A DNA stretch of 64,000 nucleotides from Motilimonas eburnea (GTDB lineage Bacteria; Pseudomonadota; Gammaproteobacteria; Enterobacterales; CBDFNC01). The stretch's first letter is position 1. Every line of letters begins with the position of its first letter. The DNA lies in NCBI RefSeq assembly GCF_021295345.1, contig NZ_JAIMJB010000006.1, forward strand, positions 25,892 to 89,891, read 5' to 3'. The notes beneath the pieces are model-generated. The model searched no databases. It worked only from the letters and a program-made list of their open reading frames with translations, and was not told the origin of the DNA. The translations under genes were made by a program, and so were the position numbers. Positions 58,606 through 64,000 of this stretch are shown here, piece after piece.

Positions 58606-59298
58606 ATGAAGTGGTTACTAAAAATATGCCTCAGTTTGATCTTAACGTTACTGATAGGTAGCGTTCTCATCACTCTGCCCTTAAAATTCGTGAACCCTAT
58701 TTTTTGGAGCTGGCAACTGCAGCGAGAGTTTAATCCTCCCGCCACTTACCCAGAGCAAGCCAGTTATGCTTGGGTAGAAATAACTGAAATATCTAAGCAC
58801 TTACAGCTCGCCGTGATTGCGGCAGAAGACCAACAGTTTAATAACCATCGGGGGATAGATGTCGCGGCGACCGAGCAGGCATTTCATGACATGCTGGCAG
58901 GAAAATCCATGCGAGGAGCCAGCACCTTAAGTCAGCAAACCGTGAAAAATCTGTACCTCTGGCCGGGCAAAAGTATGATTCGAAAGGGAATCGAAGCTTG
59001 GCTTGCCCTCTTAATTGAATGGCAATGGGATAAGCCGAGGATCCTTGAGATATACCTTAATATTGTCGAATTTGGTCCGGGTATTTATGGCGCGCAGGCC
59101 GCAAGCCAACACTTTTTTGGCGTGTCCGCCGCACAGTTAACGCCTGCACAAAGTGCGCGCTTGGCCGCGGTGTTGCCCAATCCCTATCGATTTAATGCAG
59201 CTCGGCCCTCCGCTTACCAAATAAAGCGCGAGGGCTGGATACGAAAACAAATGAGCCAGTTAGGATACGCTTATCTCACCACATTAGAAGATAAATAG
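58606..59298 (+). CDS. mtgA: monofunctional biosynthetic peptidoglycan transglycosylase
   Basis: Colinear with E. coli MtgA (VIAAEDQQF..., RGASTLSQQTVKNLYLW, ...LAAVLPNPYRF...). Confidence 0.88.
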   Translation: MKWLLKICLSLILTLLIGSVLITLPLKFVNPIFWSWQLQREFNPPATYPEQASYAWVEITEISKHLQLAVIAAEDQQFNNHRGIDVAATEQAFHDMLAGKSMRGASTLSQQTVKNLYLWPGKSMIRKGIEAWLALLIEWQWDKPRILEIYLNIVEFGPGIYGAQAASQHFFGVSAAQLTPAQSARLAAVLPNPYRFNAARPSAYQIKREGWIRKQMSQLGYAYLTTLEDK

Positions 59299-59325
59299 TC
59301 AGGGGCCTCCCCTGAGCTATCAAGC

Positions 59326-60228
59326 CTAGAAGTGGCCTTCAAAGGCCAACCCCATCATGGCAATACCCACCAAGCCAAACGTTAAAAACAGGCTTAAATA
59401 GCCCATGATTAATCCCGCTAATGCCATGCCATCTCCGGCCAGCTTACCTTGACTTTGACGAATATTACTGCGGGCAATGTGGCCACAGATCACGGCAATT
59501 AATGAACCAAAAAAGAACAAACCAAGGATACCAAAGATAAGACTGACGATGGCTAGGGAAGAAGTATCTGGTGACCTTACTGCATTCGCGGCCACATTTT
59601 TCCCTGCTTGATTGATGGTTTCACTAAGCTGTCCTTCAGGCGGTGTTGAGCTCGCAACTTGCGTTCCCATTAATATCACGTGTCGCACTTCACCTTGCTC
59701 CAGCACGATATCCACTTTATCCAACGCCCTTGGTGGCTTAGCGCCTTGCCACAGGGACAAAGGGAACTCATAGCGCTGATCGTCTTCACCTTTTAGCAGG
59801 CCGATTTGCTCTGCTTCGTTTATATCCAAAATGGTGGCAGGGACAGTTTGCGACGCTGTCGCTGAGTCGGTTAGCGGGGGTGAACTCGGCTGCGCTTGTT
59901 CGGCGCCCTCTTCAGGCAACACAGATTCAACGGACGCGATTTCATCAACTTCAGGCGGCGAGGTTGGCGTCTCTTGTGGCGCAGTGGTTTCTGCTTCGTC
60001 AATATGACTAAAGGTTAGCTTCTTAGCAGCAACAAACTTGACTACCCCTTGTTCAACAAAAAACTCGACCTTGTCCATCACTCGAAGGGGCGAGCGCTCC
60101 TGCCACAACACCAAAGGAAAGGGATAACGCTCACCCTCTTCACAGCGTATGACGCCCTCTTGGGTGACAGAGTTAACATCTATAACGGTACCAAACATGA
60201 AATCACTACTTCTTCTAAAAACAATCAA
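59326..60228 (-). CDS. hypothetical membrane protein: two tandem ~60-aa N-terminal repeats, a Pro/Glu/Ser-rich linker, and a C-terminal DUF4190-like TM region
   Basis: Internal repeat (...RYPFPLVLWQERSPLRVMDKVEFFVEQGVVKFV and ...RYEFPLSLWQGAKPPRALDKVDIVLEQGEVRHVIL). C-terminal helices IVSLIFGILGLFFFGSLIAVICGHIA... Confidence 0.5.
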   Translation of the reverse strand: MIVFRRSSDFMFGTVIDVNSVTQEGVIRCEEGERYPFPLVLWQERSPLRVMDKVEFFVEQGVVKFVAAKKLTFSHIDEAETTAPQETPTSPPEVDEIASVESVLPEEGAEQAQPSSPPLTDSATASQTVPATILDINEAEQIGLLKGEDDQRYEFPLSLWQGAKPPRALDKVDIVLEQGEVRHVILMGTQVASSTPPEGQLSETINQAGKNVAANAVRSPDTSSLAIVSLIFGILGLFFFGSLIAVICGHIARSNIRQSQGKLAGDGMALAGLIMGYLSLFLTFGLVGIAMMGLAFEGHF

Positions 60229-60381
60229 TTTAATATATTAAAGCGAGAATGGGAGTGCGAGAACAATCGTTCACTTCAACCAAAAAATTACTGCTAGCTC
60301 ACTTTTCATCTATGACTCAAGCAATGAGCTCATTGACCCACGCAGCATTAGCCATAATAATGTCCGCTTTTAGGAACTCTC

Positions 60382-61119
60382 TTGAGCAATAAAATACTCT
60401 TTCAAGGGCAAGACGATTGGGGTCCCTTACTGGTGATCGAGGAAGACGGCATACGCAAGCTGTCTTTTGGCCCAGGGGATGAACAAAGTCGTCAAAACAG
60501 CCAATCTCCCACCATGCCAGAGCATGAATACATTCAGGCAATGCTACTTTCTTTGCTATTTATCGAGCCCAAACGGGCCTTAGTATTGGGACTCGGTGGC
60601 GGGTGCCTAGTCAATGCATTGCATCACAGCGTAGCCGGCATAAACATTACCGCCGTTGAGCTAAGAAGCACCGTCATTGATCTTGCCTTGCGCTTTTTTC
60701 GCCTGCCTCATGGAAAAAAAATCACCTTAGTGAATGATGATGCCAATCACTACCTAACCCAACCTAATAAGAAGGTAGATCTGCTCTATGCCGATATTTA
60801 TCAAGCAACGGGCGTCGACGAAACCCAACTGAGCGATGCATTTCTGCAAGCTTGTTGCGCACAGTTAAAACAACAAGGCTACCTTATTCTAAATTGTTGG
60901 CACGAACACAGTGAAAGCCAATTATTTGCACACAACCTGCGCCGACATTTTTGTCATTTATACGGCTGTCATGTCAGTTCGGGTAACTGGATAGTCTTTG
61001 CCAGCAACCAGACACAAGCACTGGAGTTAGCACACCTTAAGTCTCAAGCCTTGCACTTAAAAAAATCAAAAAACATTGATTTAACTCGCTTTTTAAGTCA
61101 GTTTAAAAAAATATATTAA
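60382..61119 (+). CDS. spermidine-synthase-like (PABS-fold) methyltransferase-family protein
   Basis: ...RALVLGLGGGCLVNALHH...ITAVELRSTVIDLA..., a Rossmann/PABS-like motif arrangement. Confidence 0.55.
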   Translation: MSNKILFQGQDDWGPLLVIEEDGIRKLSFGPGDEQSRQNSQSPTMPEHEYIQAMLLSLLFIEPKRALVLGLGGGCLVNALHHSVAGINITAVELRSTVIDLALRFFRLPHGKKITLVNDDANHYLTQPNKKVDLLYADIYQATGVDETQLSDAFLQACCAQLKQQGYLILNCWHEHSESQLFAHNLRRHFCHLYGCHVSSGNWIVFASNQTQALELAHLKSQALHLKKSKNIDLTRFLSQFKKIY

Positions 61120-61297
61120 AAAAATTCAATAAACAAACAAAAAACGTTGAACCTTTGGTATTTGCCATGGTCATACTTAGTACAATTGCTCCAAAGACTC
61201 AGCACCTTTTCAGCAATCATTAGCTAGCAAGATTAGCTCTCTCGAAGTAATTTAACGTTTTACAAACGGTACCTAAGTCCCCTTACTGGTACCCTTC

Positions 61298-61330
61298 AGG
61301 CCTCAAAATGAGGCCTTTTTATTATCTTTT
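61298..61330 (+). terminator. rho-independent terminator (AGGCCTC-AAAAT-GAGGCCT then TTTTATTATCTTTTTTG)
   Basis: Seen in the sequence, 180 bp downstream of the preceding CDS. Confidence 0.65.
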
Positions 61331-61424
61331 TTGCGTCGTATCACGCACCAAGTACGACAACCCAATATATAATAAACAGATATGCTAAATTCAGCAGATA
61401 ACTCAACACAATAAAGAAGTCGAA

Positions 61425-62006
61425 ATGCAGTTATTCAGTTTACGTGTCTGGTTTGTTCTTTCCTGCTTGCTTATCTCTCAGGCCTCACTGGCTGCGCCAG
61501 AGATTACCATTCGTTACAAACACATAGGTTTTTATGGTCAAAGCACCGAAGCCGTACTAGAGCAGCTGAGTAAGCAAAACGCCCACTTTGCACAAACTCG
61601 CACCTTTCATAACAGCAACGAGTGGCAAAAAGATTGGGTTTTTATTACCGAGCAATCTAACAAAGGCTGTCGCATTTCCCATGTAAATACTTGGCTAAAA
61701 GCAGATTACAATTTACCTCGGTGGTTGGATCAAGCCAGTGCCCCCGATACAGTACAAGCCCCCTGGCACGATTTTTACCAAGGGGTGCAAGATCACCTAA
61801 ATGGCCACAAAACCATTGCAATAGAAACCCTTGCTGATATTGAAAAAGCCGTTTTGAAATTGCCTGCCCAGTCAAGCTGCGATATCGTCAAAGCGCAAGC
61901 ACAAGCCTTGGCACAGCAAATGTTAGACACGCAGCTGCCCGCTAAAGAAGCTCAGTATGACAATGATACGCAATTTGGTTTAACCCAAGGCGCTTACTGG
62001 CCTTGA
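61425..62006 (+). CDS. hypothetical secreted protein
   Basis: Signal peptide (MQLFSLRVWFVLSCLLISQASLA). 193 aa. Family not recognised. Confidence 0.45.
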   Translation: MQLFSLRVWFVLSCLLISQASLAAPEITIRYKHIGFYGQSTEAVLEQLSKQNAHFAQTRTFHNSNEWQKDWVFITEQSNKGCRISHVNTWLKADYNLPRWLDQASAPDTVQAPWHDFYQGVQDHLNGHKTIAIETLADIEKAVLKLPAQSSCDIVKAQAQALAQQMLDTQLPAKEAQYDNDTQFGLTQGAYWP

Positions 62007-62053
62007 TCTGAATAATATCCCAGTTAGTTTAACTTCAGGGCTAATTGGCCTGA

Positions 62054-62794
62054 TTAGTTACGCTTAAAATTATCTAAGATGATGGCCCCAGCCATTGCCA
62101 CATTAAGTGACTCGGCTTGACCAAAATTCGGGATCGTTATTTTATGATTGATGGAGTCGGCAACGGCCCCACGGATACCATGAGACTCACTGCCTAACAC
62201 TATGATGCCAGATTGGGCTAGTTTAGCTTGGTGTATATTCTCCCCTTCCAAAAAAGCACCATAAATAGGGCAAGTTTGCTGATTAAGAAACGCGGCCAAG
62301 TCTAGACGATGTAAACGCACCCGACAAAAAGACCCCATGGTCGCGCTGATCACTTTAGGATTATAAAAATCGGCACTGTCTTGGCTAACAACGATGTCGG
62401 TAATGCCATACCAGTCAGCCAAACGGATCAAGGTGCCCAAGTTACCAGGATCGGAAACCCCATCTAATGCAAGCAGTAACTTATTAGCCGTATCGACATC
62501 AATATCAGACTGGCTAGGTACCTTGACCAAGGCAAGAGCACTATTATTGGAACTGAATGTGCCGGCTTTAGCAAGGGCGTCAGGGGTGGTGATCACGACA
62601 TGCTTAGCCCTTAGTTCACCTTGGTGTTGGCTAACAAACGCCTCAGTTGCAAACACTTGGTGCAACTCGTAGTCGGAGCGAAACAGCTCAACCACATTTT
62701 TTTCGCCTTGCACTAAAAAAAGCCCGTGTTGCTTACGGTACTTTTTTTGAGCAAGGGAATTGATTAATTTAAGTTGGTTTTTCGTGATCATCAC
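62054..62794 (-). CDS. SpoU/TrmH-family RNA 2'-O-methyltransferase (RlmB/YfiF-like)
   Basis: N-terminal substrate-binding domain plus the SPOUT catalytic region (...LLALDGVSDPGNLGTLIRLADWYG...GSESHGI...). Confidence 0.8.
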   Translation of the reverse strand: MMITKNQLKLINSLAQKKYRKQHGLFLVQGEKNVVELFRSDYELHQVFATEAFVSQHQGELRAKHVVITTPDALAKAGTFSSNNSALALVKVPSQSDIDVDTANKLLLALDGVSDPGNLGTLIRLADWYGITDIVVSQDSADFYNPKVISATMGSFCRVRLHRLDLAAFLNQQTCPIYGAFLEGENIHQAKLAQSGIIVLGSESHGIRGAVADSINHKITIPNFGQAESLNVAMAGAIILDNFKRN

Positions 62795-62909
62795 AAGGCT
62801 CCTTGGCTATCGGCGAGATTATTCCACTAAACGCTTCATTAAGCAAAAACCTCAACGTTTAGCTCAAACTCAACCCCATTGGCTAGGCGGCCTGATGACA
62901 GTGAGTCGC

Positions 62910-63869
62910 TCAAGGCGAGCCTGCGGAAAACCTCATCGACTTACTCGGCGCTACCGCTTGGCCTTCTATGTCCAATAAAAAAGGCACCGCAACCAGCTCG
63001 CCAGCTTGATTGATTTGGACCGCAAAATGAAGATGGGGGCCTGTACTAAACCCTGTATTTCCAGAGAGCGCTAAGGTTTGGCCTTTATTAACCCGCTGCC
63101 CGACCCTCACCTTGGATGAAAACGTTTTTAAATGTGCGTAAACCGTCATGCTGCCGTCATCATGGGCCAAACGCACCACGTTTGCTTTAGTTTTGGCAAA
63201 GTCCGCCGTGGCCGCTCCGGTATTGTTTTCCACCACTTCAACCACCACACCCGCCCGAGCGGCCAATACCGGCGTTCCCTCGGGTAAAGGAATGTCAATG
63301 GCATAACGACTATGGGGTTCACTATGAGTAAAGGCGCCATTAAAGCCCTGCGACACTTGAGTTGTTTGAGTAAGAGAAAACGGAACCTGATAAGCGTAAT
63401 TAGCGTCGTAATTGGGATTAAACGAGCCAGGTGTAAAGCTATATTGATACTGAAAACGCCATTGGCCAGGGGCTGCTGGCATCACGTCTAATATGGCTTG
63501 GCGCGAGTTGGCATCAAGGTGAAATAATTCAGTTAACGGTTTAGACAGCTTCGCATTATCCAGTTGAGTAAACGACAAACTTAGGGTCACCGGCATGGCG
63601 TAATTATTCACGGCGATAATTTGGGCCGATTGATTTCCTTCGCTGACCTTATGTAGCACACGAACCGGCGAAATGTCTGGCTCGGCAACTTGCTGATGAG
63701 AGACGTCAAATTCCACTTTTGGACGGATATCACTGAATACCCAATTGCCCTCGTCATCTTGATATTTATAAATATCACGCGCAGCGTGCACCCCAGTTGT
63801 CATCAATAACAAAGCGAGGATGACGAGAGAAGAATAAGGTTTACAGGTAACAGCACATAATAATGGCAT
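62910..63869 (-). CDS. M23-family (LytM-type) metallopeptidase with signal peptide
   Basis: HxxxD...HLHFAV motifs (...TGFSTGPHLHFAVQ...). Start chosen at MPLLCAVTC to avoid a long overlap with rimI. Confidence 0.75.
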   Translation of the reverse strand: MPLLCAVTCKPYSSLVILALLLMTTGVHAARDIYKYQDDEGNWVFSDIRPKVEFDVSHQQVAEPDISPVRVLHKVSEGNQSAQIIAVNNYAMPVTLSLSFTQLDNAKLSKPLTELFHLDANSRQAILDVMPAAPGQWRFQYQYSFTPGSFNPNYDANYAYQVPFSLTQTTQVSQGFNGAFTHSEPHSRYAIDIPLPEGTPVLAARAGVVVEVVENNTGAATADFAKTKANVVRLAHDDGSMTVYAHLKTFSSKVRVGQRVNKGQTLALSGNTGFSTGPHLHFAVQINQAGELVAVPFLLDIEGQAVAPSKSMRFSAGSP

Positions 63870-64000
63870 CTTCGCGTCCCTCCTGTGCGGGGTAATATCC
63901 CTTTCTACGATCGACTTCAACAAACCCGAGCTGTTGATATAACTGGTAAGCCGCGACATTAGAGACCCGCACTTCTAGCCAAATTTCTTCCAACTGCTTT
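63841..64000 (-). CDS. rimI: ribosomal-protein-alanine N-acetyltransferase RimI, C-terminal part (gene continues beyond window end)
   Basis: Minus-strand frame gives ...KQLEEIWLEVRVSNVAAYQLYQQLGFVEVDRRKGYYPAQEGREDAIIMCCYL*, matching the RimI C-terminus. Confidence 0.6.
   Translation of the reverse strand, partial: KQLEEIWLEVRVSNVAAYQLYQQLGFVEVDRRKGYYPAQEGREDAIIMCCYL

Noticed and set aside
1-64000. Searched for tRNA/rRNA genes, IS elements, integrases and transposases that might bound the 30-42 kb island.
   Set aside because: I found no tRNA-like T-arm motif, no rRNA and no transposase/integrase-like ORF, so the island boundaries are inferred only from repeats and convergent gene ends. I cannot be exhaustive without a tRNA or IS search tool.

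Overview
This 64-kb window looks like chromosomal DNA from a marine gammaproteobacterium, Alteromonadales/Shewanella-like by gene content and roughly 45% GC (inference only). I found no rRNA, tRNA, CRISPR array or transposase/integrase. Most of the window is ordinary housekeeping and regulatory genes, described in four blocks below.

- **Osmoprotection block (1-8.7 kb):** a partial proX, then proW-proV, then ask-ectC and an in-frame ectA-ectB fusion, with a divergent MarR/EctR-type regulator.
- **Housekeeping and regulators (8.8-29 kb):** a secreted S1 protease with two chitin-binding domains, a COG0523 GTPase, a truncated LapD N-domain gene flanking a TAXI solute-binding gene with a LapG-like protease on the opposite strand, deoC-deoD, tatD, prfC, a Sua5-type TsaC, phoPQ, mtfA, a trans-sulfuration PLP enzyme, an orphan histidine kinase and a lactonase.
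- **Candidate novel system (30.2-42 kb):** an apparent operon that begins after a repeat-rich, terminator-studded gap. The gap contains 11 tandem copies of cacataat.
  - The operon runs NfeD/YqiJ-like membrane protein, then an unusually long flotillin (746 aa), then a hairpin plus a triple direct repeat, then a 1673-aa protein with a C-terminal MoxR-like AAA+ module.
  - A Nuc-like single-HKD PLD nuclease follows with only a 4-bp gap (translationally coupled), and 190 bp later comes a 947-aa Upf1-like SF1 helicase with a C-terminal DUF559/PD-(D/E)xK-like domain.
  - The PLD-plus-helicase pair resembles type I Mokosh antiphage systems. Its coupling to a giant ATPase and a flotillin scaffold is, as far as I know, undescribed.
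- **Downstream (42-64 kb):** yaeQ, an M50 protease, a GGDEF-EAL sensor, a copper/silver resistance island (cusCBA with a CusB carrying two CusF-like domains, a CopI-like cupredoxin, DUF411, copCD), then mtgA and other housekeeping genes ending in a partial rimI.
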